In this document: positions 49,814 through 62,300 of the stretch, piece by piece
Layout: each line of letters opens with the position of its first letter
How positions within the stretch are numbered: position 1 is the stretch's first letter
Assembly: GCA_043228905.1 (NCBI GenBank)
Contig: JBHGNT010000014.1
Coordinates: forward strand, 5,828,001-5,892,000
Origin: Azolla caroliniana
Taxonomy: Eukaryota > Plantae > Polypodiophyta
Length of the DNA: 64,000 nt
Direction of reading: 5' to 3'
Translations under genes and position numbers: made by a program
The notes under the pieces: model-generated
The model's database searches: none
What the model was told of the DNA's origin: nothing
Seen by the model: the letters and a program-made list of their open reading frames with translations, nothing else

Positions 49814-52800
49814 ACGTATGGTACGTATGGTTCATACTATGCTTCTAATAACATAAGTAAGCCTAATAGTCCATGCCATGAGAATAGATTCGATGTCTTG
49901 ATCCAATTAGAGGATGTGTTAAACGAGTAAGTCCGGCCAAAATAAGCGCCACTTGGTTGGACTATCCTAGCTATATAGAGTTAGTTCCTAGTCGTGGTTC
50001 CATTTCATCAAATCAAGTGAGTAGAGTTTTTTCTGCACAAGTCGATCTTACCACATCTACATGTCATCAAGTCCTAGCCTCTGCCCTCCTAGATTCTGGG
50101 GCCAACTCTTGTTTCATGGATCATGAATTTGCATTGTCACAAAACATGAAACAGTAGATGGTCGTCCCATAGCATCAAGTGATATAGTCGAGGAGTCTGA
50201 GCCAATTCGGATAGTTCTTGGTGATTTGGCAAGCATAATCTCTTTCAACATTATTCGCAATCTGGAACACCCAATAGTTCTAGGTCTCCCTTGGTTTGAA
50301 CTCCATAACCCGAAGATTGATTGGATAAAAAGAAAAATTGAGGAGACCCAGGAGCAAAGAACAAAGCCTGCATCCCTCGAGTCTCTGACATGTGATACTA
50401 GATCCCCTAAGTTATCGACCATCTCTCTACGTCATTTGCGTGAGGAAGGGGGTAACGAGGCCATGTTCGTCTTCGCAGTAGTAGCAACTCCATCATCCAG
50501 AGAAATTAAACTACCAGAGAAATACAAAGAGTTCTCAGACGTCTTTGATAAGGTAGAGGCCAATACATTGCTGGAGCATCGGCCATACGACTGCCCTATT
50601 GACTTACAACCAGGGAAAGAACCTCCATGGGGTCCTATTTATAATCTCTCCCCTGTACAGCTAGAGACTTTGCGGGAATATATCGATGAGAATCTGGCAA
50701 ACGAATTCATTCGGCACTCTAGATCCCCTACTGGTGCACCTATCTTCTTCGTTAAGAAAAAGAATGGGACTCTTAGGTTGGTCATGGGCTAAACAAATTG
50801 ACTATCCGGAATAGATATGCTCTACCATCAATCCCGAATCTTTTGGAACATCTCAGTGGAGCAAAATATTTCACAAAGTTGAACCTTCACGGTGCATATA
50901 ATCTAGTTTGGATTCATCCAGGAGATGAATGGAAGATTGCTTTTCGCACTCACTATGGACATTTCGAGTATATTGTGATGCCATTCAGTCTCGCGAATGC
51001 ACCTGCAATTTTCCAACATATGGCGAATGATATTTTCCGAGATTTTCTCGATATCTTCACTATAGTTTACCTGGATGACATTTTAATCTACGCGAAGACC
51101 CAAGAGGAGCATGATGAACATGTTCATCAGGTACTACGTCAACTACGAGAATATGGTCTCTATGCAAAATTAGAAAAGTGTAGTTTCGGCCAAAAGCAAG
51201 TGGAATTTTTGGGGTATGTTGTATCATCAGATGGTATTGCTATGGACCCCATGAAGGTGCAAGCAATTTTAGAGTGGCAGACACCGTTTCAATGCATGAT
51301 GTGCAATGTTTTCTCGGGTTTGCAAATTTTTATTGGAAATTTATTAAAGATTATTCCAAGGTCGTGCTTCCGCTCACTCAACTCACACACAATAATTAGC
51401 CATTCATATGGAGTTCAAATGCAACCAAAGCATTTGAAAGCTTAAAACGAGTGTTTACAACGGCACCGATTTTAGCATATGTCGACCCAACAAAACGCTT
51501 CATCCTTGAAGCTGATGCATCCAATTTTGCACTAGGGAGTGTCCGATCATAGAATGGAGATGATGGACATCTACACCTTGTCGCCTTTCATTCCCGAAAG
51601 TTTGAAGTTGCAGAGATCAACTACGAGATCCATGACAAACAACTTCTTGCAATCATGGATTCTTTTTAACAATGGCGTCATTTTCTAGAAAGTTCTTCTC
51701 AGCAAATAATTGTTTACAAAGATCATAAGAACCTAACATATTTCCAAAATGCTCGTGTCTTGAGTCGGCGACAAGCCCGGTGGGTGCAATTTTTTACTCA
51801 CTTCAACTTTGTCATCATATATTGCCTTGGGATGCAGCAAGGCAAAGCAGATGCTCTTTCACGGTGCTCTTATATGGAACTTCGTCTAGGGAAACTTGCA
51901 TTCGAGCATCAAAAACAAATCCTTTTGGGTCCTAATCGCCTACCATTAATGGTAGTTAATGCCATAACAACTCTTGAAGATTCCACTCTTCTTGATTCCA
52001 TTCGAGATCATATGGCCACTGATGAATTCGCCAAGGATGTTTTGGATCATATCGTCCCGGATCGTTCTTCTTGCTCACAGTCGAATTCAGTTCTATGGGC
52101 ATGGTGGTTTTCTGTTTCGACAAAACCTATTGTATGTTCCTGATGGTCCCCCACGACTACAAGTTCAACATCATTGTCATGAATCACCAATGGCTGGTCA
52201 TTTTGGAGTTCGCAAACTCTAGAATTAGTTTCTTGACACTATTGGTGGTCTCGCCTTCGTCATTTTATTGAGTATGTTCGCAACTGTGATACATGTTGTC
52301 GATCACAGAGTCCTCGACACCGATCCTATGGCTTACTCCGACCACTTCCCATTCCAGAAAATCCTTGGAAGTTTATATCCTTGGATTTCATTATTGATCT
52401 CCCAATTTCAAAAGGTTTTGATGCAATTCTCACGGTGGTTGATCGACTTACCAAAATGGCACATTTATTTCCATGTACGACGTCTATTACTAGTCAAGAG
52501 GTGGTCGATCTCGTTATGCGGGAGGTATTTAGGCATCATGGCCTGCCAGATGATATTATTAGTGATCGTGGTCCACAATTCATCTCAAAGTTTTGGAAGC
52601 ACATGTTCAAACTTCTCTGCATTTCGGCTAAGCTTTCTTCGGGCTATCATCCCGAGACTAATGGCCAAATTGAGCGTATCAACCAGCCACTGGAGCAATA
52701 TCTTCATTGTTTCATCAACTACCAACAAAATGGTTGGGTTGATTTTTTGTACTTGGCTGAATTCGCTTACAACAACTAGTCCATTCTTCTACAGGATATT

Positions 52801-54679
52801 CTCCATTTTTCGCAAATACGGGTTGTCATCCTTGAGCATCCAAACGTTCCTACCAACCCTGCTGTTGAGGATCGTCTTTGTCGCCTCCAAGAAATTCACG
52901 CTATCATTCTCCACAATTTTCATGATGCTCAAGTTACACACAAGCGGCTTGCGGATCGTCATCGCCTAGAATCCTCCAAAACTTTCCATGTTGGGGATCG
53001 TGTATGGCTCCTCCAACACAACATCAAGACCACTCGACCTTGTAGTAAATTGGATTACCAACGTTTTGGCCCTTACATGATCACTGGTAAGATAAGTGAT
53101 GTTGTGTTTCTTCTTGGCCTCCCTCCTCACATGCGTCTTCATTTGGTGTTTCATGTATCCATTTTGGAACCTTATACCACAAGTTCAATTCCAGGTCGTC
53201 ATACAACACCCCCACCACCTGTTGAGTTCTTGGAAGGACCTGAATTTGAGGTTGTTGCCATTCTCGATTCTAAAATCGTGCGAAACAAGTTGTATTACTT
53301 GGCTGATTGGTTAGACATACTGGAACCTTCTAGAATACTCTAGAAACCTTCAAGATTACTCTACATTCTAGAATGACCTAGAATATTCTAGAGTGTTCTA
53401 TATTATTTATAAATAGGGATCTATCAATCATCCCAAAACTAAATTGGTTCAATGTCATTCTATAGCACTCTATTGCCTACTCTTTGTAATCCGTTTTACA
53501 CTACAATATAATATTTCCCTTTCTATTCTCTCTCTCTTTGTCTTAGCATTATACCTCTCTCCCTCCCTCCCTCCCTCCCTCCCTCTCTCTCTCTCTCTCT
53601 CTCTCGACGGCCCAAAGTGACAACTAACGTCTCCCAACTATCGGGAGGGAACCGAGCAGCAGCAACGTGAGTACCTTGTCGGCTAGAGGTACTTCCAATG
53701 AGGTTGTCTGATTTATGAGCCCCTAGAAGGCATTCATGTGTTCCGCCATGCTGGAGCTGTATTGATATTTGAGTCTCACTAACTTCTGGAATACTGAGAC
53801 TCGATTTACAACATTCTTGTTCTGAAACATGATGCCTATGTTCTCCCAAAGTTCTGAGTCTTATTCTCCTAATTGAAGTTGTTGTACAAGCTCATGTCGA
53901 TGAAGCATCGGCTGTAGGTTGTTGTCTTCATGTGCATTACCTCCCAAGTCGGAGCATCTATCTTGTATGGTCTTGCATCTCCAAACTGCACTGGTAGCCA
54001 GAGAACTTTGACCACCAACATGTCCCTCACCTTCCACTTCGATACTGGGTAGTTGGATTCGGTGAGCTTGAACATGTCGCCGAATGAACCTTCCATCTTC
54101 TTTCATTCGTTGTTCGCTCTGATACCAGTTTGACAGGAAATAGTGCTCGGCCACAATCGAGTCTCGAACCCTCGATGGAAGGATCAACCAAAAAACACAA
54201 TTGATAGATACACACTTGCACACAATATAAGATGACACAGAATATTAACGCGGAAAACCTCCAGGAGGCAAAACCACAGGAGTTCTCAGACTCCGAACAA
54301 AATCACTATGAGGAGAGGTATTACAATATGAGGCTCAAAGGCAACGACCTCGAGCTCTACCTTCGCCAACCAGCAGTTATAACATATACGTATTTTGTTT
54401 CTAACTCTCTCACTCCCTATGTACAACAATAAAAATAACAACTAAATCGCTACATAACTATCCATTGCCCTAGTTATATTTATACTCATATAACCTACGG
54501 GTTATTTACAAATGTGGCCTCAATGGCCCATAAGAAACATATTTACAAATCTGTCTCTCTTCCGATTCCATCCAATTCGGCTTCCGGACATCCTTCCGCA
54601 TCCTCCGATCTGGTTTCCTCCTCTGAATCTTTCGATCTGGCTCGATCGGTCCCCATCCAAAGGGACTGATATCTCAACA

Positions 54680-55870
54680 AATACTTCATCTCCTTTATTG
54701 ACAACTTCTCCAAACACACATGGATCTTTCCAATAGAGAAGAAGAGTGAGGTCTTCTCTTGTTTCTTGAAGCTAAAGAGATTAATTGAATGGGAGACTAA
54801 TAGGAAAATCAAGTGCTTGCGATCAAATGGAGTACTTCTCCTGCCAATTCATTAGATATCTGCAAGAGGGAATCCGAAGGGAATTTTCCTGTAGATATAC
54901 ACCACACCAAAATGGTGTGACCAAGAGAAAGAACTGTATAATAGTTGAAGCAGCACAAACAATGCTTGAAGAAAAGTATATGCCAAAAATCTATTGAGCC
55001 GAAGCTATTATTTGTTGAATCAAACATCAGCTGGGGAGCACATGTGACTCCACATGAAATTTACTTTAGGCACAAGAAAAATATGGCACACATAAGGTTC
55101 ATCGACATCATTGCATATGTGCATGTGCCGAAAGGAAAAAGGAAGAGGCTCGACGCAAAAGCCGAAAAGTGCATACTAGTCAGCTATTCACATGCACAAA
55201 AGGGGTATAAGTGTTATAATCCCCAAACTCGAGAGGTACGCGTAATTCAGGACGTCATCTTTGATGAAGAAGCCTCATGGTACTCAAGCCTAACGGGTAC
55301 CACTTCCAAGCACTGAGAGCCACATTTTGATGATGAGGACAGTGTAGCCGGCTCATTTGAGGCAGATTTCGAACTTCAAGGAGAAATTCGAATCTCATTT
55401 CTGTTGAGTGGGCCGCAAGAAGAGTTGAGCCAACACGATCAGGTGGTAAGTGAAGAGGAATCAGTATTGGTTTCACCTAGGAAGAGGCTATCACATTGTG
55501 ATAAAGGGAAGTTGAAGTTGCTCCAACACGGTAACGATGAAGAGGTGTATGATCAAAGTGAATCAAACAATCTGTTGGGTAATGATGACGAACCCTCAGA
55601 ACTGAGGTCCGATCCGGTCAAAAGGGCCATTAAGTCGGCGAATGACAAGCTTCGTCAATCGTCACGTCATGAGACTCTTGTAATTCGCTATGGGTATAGA
55701 GAATAAATACATGGCGCATAACTATGCGTACATGATGAAGGTGGTGTCGATACATGTGCCGAAAATCTTCGCAGAAGCAACGCAAGACGCCAAGTGGCAA
55801 GAAGCCATGGGGGAAAAAATATGGGTGTTAACCGCAAATGGCTCTTGGGACCTAGTTGACCCATCCAAAC
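54680..55870 (+). mobile_element. Copia fragment G (integrase C-terminus to RT start), related to Copia A
   Basis: GIRREFSCRYTP, AYVHVPK..RKRLDAKAEKCILV..GYKCYNP, collinear with 2050-3150. Confidence 0.88.
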
Positions 55871-56589
55871 ACTTTACAATTTGTTTAAATTTCTAGCAAT
55901 TTTCAGCAAATTGAAAGTGTCAGAATTTCCAAGTTTATGTGTACAATTTAGAAATCAATAGTGAAAGTCACTTTAAAATTGCAAACTTACTAGCATGAGT
56001 GAATTTCTATCATTTTGAATTATTGTTGGAATATCTTACAAAATAAGTCTGATTCTATAGTAGTGCCCATGTCTTATTCAACTTATAGACAAATCAGACT
56101 TCAAGGCTGGAGTTGTTTTGAACTTCACGATCAAGCTTAACACGTCGTAACTATTCAGTCTACGGTCATGCCCCACCTCTTATTCAATTTGAAGATGGAT
56201 TAGACGTCAAGGTCCAAGTTGTTTTGAACTTCACAATCATGCCTAACAAGTTATACTAACTTGTCAATTGGAAAGTTATGGATAATACTACTACTATCAT
56301 GGGTCAAAGTTCAAGGTTGAAGTTGTTTTGAAGTACAAGATCATGTGTAACAAGTTACGAATCAAAACTAGAAAGCTACGAATCATATTGATAATGGCTT
56401 GGCTTTAGTTGCACAATTTAATCATTGACATCATAATAAACTAAGTCGCAATTTGTACATTCTAGCTCTTGGAACTAGTCACTAATTTAGGGGAATGTCA
56501 ACGGCTGGGAATTTGTACATTCTGACAATCTCGGCGGTATATCAACGGCTCGTAGACTAATTGATACAGAAAAAACCACTGTTCGCGAC

Positions 56590-58131
56590 ATGGCAAATGC
56601 TGGAACTGGTGCGGCTTCAACTTTGGCCTACTTGAGAGAAAAAACCAGAAATCAATGGACCACCAAGAAAGAAATCCACAACGAAAAAGTGGTTGCAAGA
56701 GCCGAGTTTCTTGACGGGCGCTCGCCAATTCAAGCGTTATACGATGAGATCTCCACTGGCGACTTTATCTTCAATTCCAAGGTGAACTCGAACGGCTCAA
56801 TCAGTGGCCTTTTCTTTTGTCATCAAAAGTCAGCAGATCTTGCCAGACGGTTCAATGTGGTATTTGTCATGGATTGCACCTACAAAACGAATAGATTTGG
56901 CATGCCATTGCTCAACATCGTTGGAATTATGGCTACAAATAGTACGTTCAATGCTGGATTTGCGTTCATATGCAACGAGATAGAAGCCATGTATGTTTGG
57001 GCATTGCAGTCATTCGAATTTGTGACAAAGCCATCAGTAATTGTAACTTATCGAGAACTTGCATTGATGAGTGCAATTGCTATCGTGTTCCCTTCTACAA
57101 AGAATTTGCTTTGCATCTGGCATGTCAACAAAAACATTCTGGCCTATGCAACGACGAAGTTTGCAAGCACTGACGACACAAATGCCTATATGGACGACTG
57201 GAACCAGCTTCTATACTCTTCCAGCGAGCTAGATTTTGAGGCTAATTGGGCCACGTTTCAAATGAAATGGCGACCAAGTCACGATGCGTTGGTGCAGTAT
57301 GTATACGAGACTTGGTTGATTCACAAAGACAAGATTATACGTTATTGGACTGGTCGCTTCCCTCACTTTGGAATGGCCAGCACCTCTCACATTGAAGGCA
57401 ACCATTATGTTGTCAAGAGGGTTTTAGGCATTGTTAATAACGATCTGCTCACTGTATTCAAGAAAATCCGTTTACTACTGGACACACAACTGACAGAATT
57501 GAACACCAAAATGGAGTATGACAAGTCTACACAGGCACATCGACATGCACTCGAGTTCATGAGGCCGCTAGTAAAGAAGATATCCAAACACGCATTAGAC
57601 AAGTTATTGGAGCAGTACAAGAAAGTTATTGACAACAATTATGGTCATGAATGTATAGGGTTGTTTCGATCAAGTTTTGGTGTCCCATGTTGTCATGACA
57701 TTTTGAGATGCATCCAAAGAAATGAAAGATTCCATCTTGAAGATATTCACTGTCAATGGCACTTGATTGCGTGTTCAATGGTTCAACACGCCTCTATAGC
57801 TAAGCCATGTTTGTCTCCCAGAAAGCGTTTGATGAGGAAAATCGAGCAAAGATTGTATGAAACTGACGATGACCAGGTTGCTGTTCTCATGACACGATTG
57901 GATGAAGCAAGTCAAGCACCACTGCAGTCTCTCTCCAATCCAGTGGTGGTAACTAGGAAGCGAGGTCGCCCTGCAGGGTCGAAGAACAAAAAGGCCAACC
58001 AAAGGGAGAAGTCACTATTTGAGTACTCTACCGGTCGCAAATGTTCCAAATGTGATCAAGCTGGTCACAATGCACGCACTTGCGATATGCTTTTGCCCCC
58101 CCATTTTGGCTATTTGCCCCTACAATACTAA
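56590..58131 (+). CDS. Mutator-like (MULE) transposase, probably N-terminally truncated and catalytically impaired
   Basis: VMDCTYKTNRFGMPL, VT(Y)RELALMSAI, LLCIWHVNKN, SHIEG, SWIM-like C..F...GVPCCH, AT-hook RKRGRP, CSKCDQAGHNARTC knuckle. Confidence 0.88.
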   Translation: MANAGTGAASTLAYLREKTRNQWTTKKEIHNEKVVARAEFLDGRSPIQALYDEISTGDFIFNSKVNSNGSISGLFFCHQKSADLARRFNVVFVMDCTYKTNRFGMPLLNIVGIMATNSTFNAGFAFICNEIEAMYVWALQSFEFVTKPSVIVTYRELALMSAIAIVFPSTKNLLCIWHVNKNILAYATTKFASTDDTNAYMDDWNQLLYSSSELDFEANWATFQMKWRPSHDALVQYVYETWLIHKDKIIRYWTGRFPHFGMASTSHIEGNHYVVKRVLGIVNNDLLTVFKKIRLLLDTQLTELNTKMEYDKSTQAHRHALEFMRPLVKKISKHALDKLLEQYKKVIDNNYGHECIGLFRSSFGVPCCHDILRCIQRNERFHLEDIHCQWHLIACSMVQHASIAKPCLSPRKRLMRKIEQRLYETDDDQVAVLMTRLDEASQAPLQSLSNPVVVTRKRGRPAGSKNKKANQREKSLFEYSTGRKCSKCDQAGHNARTCDMLLPPHFGYLPLQY

Positions 58132-58418
58132 GAATGTTATTGACGACGATTCCTTTTTATGTAATAGTTGATAAACCTTTTTATGAGGTTGTAAAGTGTA
58201 ATAGTTGATATATATCACAAAAACATTTTGGTTGAGGTGAGAACTATCAAATTTTTATTTTTATTTTTGTAATACCAAGAAGGTTGTATTTGGCCTCCAT
58301 TAATATAACTCATTTTAGCTATTTGGTACTTCACAACAACAACCAAATCACTTGACAAGCATATTTGTTCCAACAAGGTATTGTTGTAAGTGTTATTGGG
58401 AAAGAAGTGTTGTAAGTT

Positions 58419-58621
58419 TAGCCAAAATAGGGGGGCTAAAAAGTTTTTTTTTAGGAGGCCAAAAAGGTTTTTTTTTTTGGGGGGGGGGGGCAAATAGCCA
58501 AAATAGGGGGCTAAAAAGTTTTTTTTTAGGGGGCCAAAAAGGTTTATTTATTTATTTATTTTGGGGGGGGGGGGGGGGGGGGGGGCAAATAGCCAAAATG
58601 GGGGGGCAAATAGCCCATTCC
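58419..58621 (-). repeat. Probable right terminal repeat of the MULE element
   Basis: Minus strand begins GGAATGGGCTATTTGCCCCCCCATTTTGGCTATTTGCC, with internal tandem units and G runs. The same motif occurs inverted at ~58092-58120. Confidence 0.65.
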
Positions 58622-58698
58622 TATATATATAGTACACATGCATTGTAGCGAGGTCGTGAGCATGCATAATACTAGGAGTACTCCATGAAGAGAAGATC

Positions 58699-59315
58699 AT
58701 AATGTTGTCAAACCATTTTGGTTCAACACTAAAAATCAACAACGGTTTGGTTTGAACTAAATCGGGCCATGAAACTGTGGCTTAACAATTTAAAAGGTTT
58801 GGTTTGATTTTGTTCAGGTTCAAGTTTTGTAAATAGTTTGGTTTCGATTGGTTCAGTTTGGGTGTTATCAATTCAATTTGAGCCTTTATCAACCTAACCG
58901 TTTCCAGTTAAAACAGTTTGAAACCGTGGTTTAAACAATTTGACGGTTTAGTGTTGACATTCAATTATTTTCTTAAATAGTTTTTTGAACAACCTTTTCA
59001 TTTTTAAGCCTAATTTTGACATTTTAGGAAAAGTCTTCAAATTTCTAAAATTTGAAATTTGAAATATTGAAAATTTTAATATTTTGAATTTTTGAATTTT
59101 GACCCAACTTGAAACCAAAACTGAACCGTGGTTTTAACGGTTTGAAACTCCCTAAAACTGTTTGGTTTGAGCTTGGATTTGTTGGGTTTGGTTTGAGCTT
59201 GGATTGGCAATGGTTCTGTTCGATTCAATTTAAGTTTCTATTTTTTTAAACAATTTGAGTTTAACATTCTCAAACCCAACCGAACCGAACCATTGCCAAT
59301 TGTTTTTCAACACTA
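58699..59315. mobile_element. Degenerate MITE-like element rich in AACCG/GGTTTG motifs
   Basis: Short imperfect TA(A/G)TGTTG...CAACACTA termini and many AAACCG/GGTTTGGTT repeats in both orientations. No TSD found. Confidence 0.45.
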
Positions 59316-62300
59316 TTCTTCATTATAATCTTGTAGTTCTTTTTCTTCTTGTCTATTATAAATTCTTTTCCCCTATTCTACATCCCAATCTAATATTATT
59401 TTTCGGTCAGCCCTTGGCAGCCACAACAAGACACACACACCCCTAAGCCTTAGTTTCCTTCCTCTTATAATTTGGACCAAAGTGTTCACACTTTAATTAG
59501 CCTTTCGACCAACTCTTACATTCTGCATTTATTACATCAGTATCTTCTTGTTTGTAGTTGCTTCATTATTCCTCATTGACATAATGTCATGGTCATTAAA
59601 AGGTAAATCAATTCGTGTTCTCACTTTACTTTTTTATATAACACCCCATTAGTTCCCCCATGTAACAACATATCGTTTGCACTTATATAATTAGGTGGCA
59701 TAGCCAACGATATTGAACACAAAACCTAGATTTTAACCACAAGATCCCTTAATCAATATATCTAAAGACTTCAAAGGAAATTCAAATTTAATTGTTTTCA
59801 AGTGATTATGAGGAAGTGAACAGAAGCTCTTATGTTTTAACATTTCTTTGTATTTATAAGCTCAACTCAAATTCCTATATAAATTATAAGGTTATCTAAT
59901 TAATGTATATGACAAGAACTTGGTTGTCACAATATGGAGTTGGTCGTGGCCCCACTATTAGCACTAAACTCTCATCGAAAAACAAAGCTACCACATCTCC
60001 CTAAATCCATCAAATTTGCATGCAAATGTCCTCCACACATTCAATTCATCCTTTACCAAGGTTGTTCTTTGTATATTTCCCATTATTATGATGATGCAAG
60101 CCGGATCTAAATCTTTCATCTACAATAAAGTGTCAATAGTTAATGATCATTTTCTTATGTTCACATTGAATTTCAAAGTTGTGGGTTATAGATGAGATGT
60201 GTGGGTGTCATTCTTCCCTAACCAACTTTAATAAGATGAATTTCTAAAAAATGAGTAAAACGTTCAAAACTTTATTATGAAACTAAAAGAAAACAATGAG
60301 TGACGAACATAAATGAATCTTTTTTCTAAGTATACATGCATCATAACCGAATAAAACATCAAGGTGCAATTCATGGTTCTTGATCTTCGATGAAGCTCAA
60401 CACACCACTAGTCTAATTGAATTAGTTATGATTTTTTCATAGAGTAAACATTGTTTGGAATATTGCAAGTGTGAACTCATTATTGTTAAAAATAACTTGA
60501 ATTCTGTTTATAAGTAAATCATGTCATGAATAAGAGATTTACATTGGCTTGAAGACTGAAGTAAAGTGCGTGGATTCTAGAATTGTTGAATGCAGAAATG
60601 TTTGTTACAAATGTATAATCGTGTCTTTGATAGAAGTAGTGAGGCCACATTATGGCTTTCACAATATTTTGTCAAAAAAACCTAGTTTCTCATGTTTAGG
60701 CATAATAAAGCAAAGCTTTTTGAGAAAACTATTGAAAAACTTAGAAATCATCATAATCAATTTTGGTGCCCACTTATAATGCACAATGAGAGGCTCATCT
60801 ACACTATGTTATGATTTATGATTAAAGTGATAGTGGAAATGTATGCATGCCTAACATAATGAATTATTTGTGCATATCTAAATATGGTGTGGCACCGTTC
60901 TTACTTTATTGTCTTTCTCTACCTTGATTGTAGTTGTGTAGCACATTGTAGTAAATAATTCTAGTGATTTTCTGACGTAAAGTGAGTTCAAGATAAGGTT
61001 GTGACATTTGCAAAGCTTTGCAACCAATGTATGGCTCCAAGGATCTTACACTCAGATTTTTTTAGAGTAACTCATCTATGAAGATGAGACACGTGGACAA
61101 CTGAAATAGAGAAAACAATGAAATGTACTATCGCCACCCCAAAACAATGAAATTTTAGCATGTACACTTCTTTTTCATTATAAGCAGTACAATGTACAAG
61201 TGCATAAGGGGGGTCACTTAAAAGTGGAGCTTTAGAACAAAATATAATTTCGACCTTTGATGAACATGTACACAAGTATTGAGACTTATAAATGATTATG
61301 GAATGTGTAGCCCAAGCCAAGGGGAGCACGCATGTCACACACATGTGGAGATTAAAAGCAAGCTAGAAACATTGAGAAAAGGAACATGATTTCATCTATT
61401 CAATGTGTAGGAAAATGACAACCTAATTTATGCTCAAGTTTCATTTTCCCTCATTAACAACAAAAGTTTGTCGTCAACCAGTATATTAAGATTTACTACC
61501 AAAGGAATGAATTCAAGCCTATGATTTTACTCCAATGTCCTACAAAAATTTCTCATTATTCCTTCACCTCGGATTGTTTTGAGTATAAATGAAGCACAGT
61601 AAAGAAGTCAAAGACGTTGTGAATTATTGAATGAATTTCCCCAATGCCCAATCTCAGAGTCCAAGGATATGAGATACTTTTCATGAGTTTCTTATTGATA
61701 AATCCTTCATGGGACCATTCAATGCCCTTTGCTTTTCTTTCAAAATTTAAAAAAAAAACAAGTATTTTCATTTTCCTTTTCCATAAGATTATTTCTTTAT
61801 TTGTAACAAATGAGACTAGATCAACACAAAATAGATGTGGAGAACTATCCAAAGGAAGCTTCTTGAATAACCAATCTCATTGTCCAAAGAACAATTGATC
61901 TCATTGTCCAAAGAGATGGGTGTTTTTGATTTTTTCTTTAGTGTTTCATGTGATAAATCTTGAGATGAACCTAATGTGGGGGACCATCGAAAACACTAAA
62001 ATTTGCTTTCATTTGTATGAAGTATTTTGAGAAATCCTCTTTTTTTAGACCTAAAAATAAAGTCTTGCTCACTCTCATCATGAATTTCCTGTATGTGTGA
62101 CCAATCAGTGCGGTCCTTCACGTGTACAAAACCAATGGGTTCTTGCCACATAGTACTAAAAGCAAGTGACCCCTTCAAATAAAAATATAGTCTCCTTTAT
62201 TAGATAATGATATAACAAATATGCTCATGATAGAATCAAATAATAAAAGTAATGGCACAAGTTGGGTAGAAATTTGTCATATTGCTCGCCAAACACCTCT

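Larger units (their letters stand above)
41412..53609 (+). mobile_element. Ty3/Gypsy chromovirus 3 (Tcn1-like, diverged subfamily), decayed, 5-bp TSD GCCCA
   Basis: GCCCA at 41407-41411 and 53610-53614. 5' LTR 41412-42070, PBS GTTTGAACCAATTT at 42071, gag start split by the DNA transposon, pol fragments 49957-53310 with chromodomain start, and a 5'-deleted 3' LTR at ~53315-53609. Confidence 0.92.
32875..54679 (-). mobile_element. Ty1/Copia element E (related to D), 3'-truncated, split by Gypsy F and chromovirus 3
   Basis: 5' LTR 54131-54679 and PBS TGGTATCAGAGC at ~54116-54127 (minus). gag 53615-54096, gag/PR 40758-41406 and IN 32875-33550 are collinear once the insertions are removed. Confidence 0.88.

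Noticed and set aside
56590-58131. Domesticated FAR1/FHY3 or MUSTANG host gene
   Set aside because: An adjacent terminal repeat, no evident N-terminal DNA-binding domain and the TE-nest context favour a decayed MULE.
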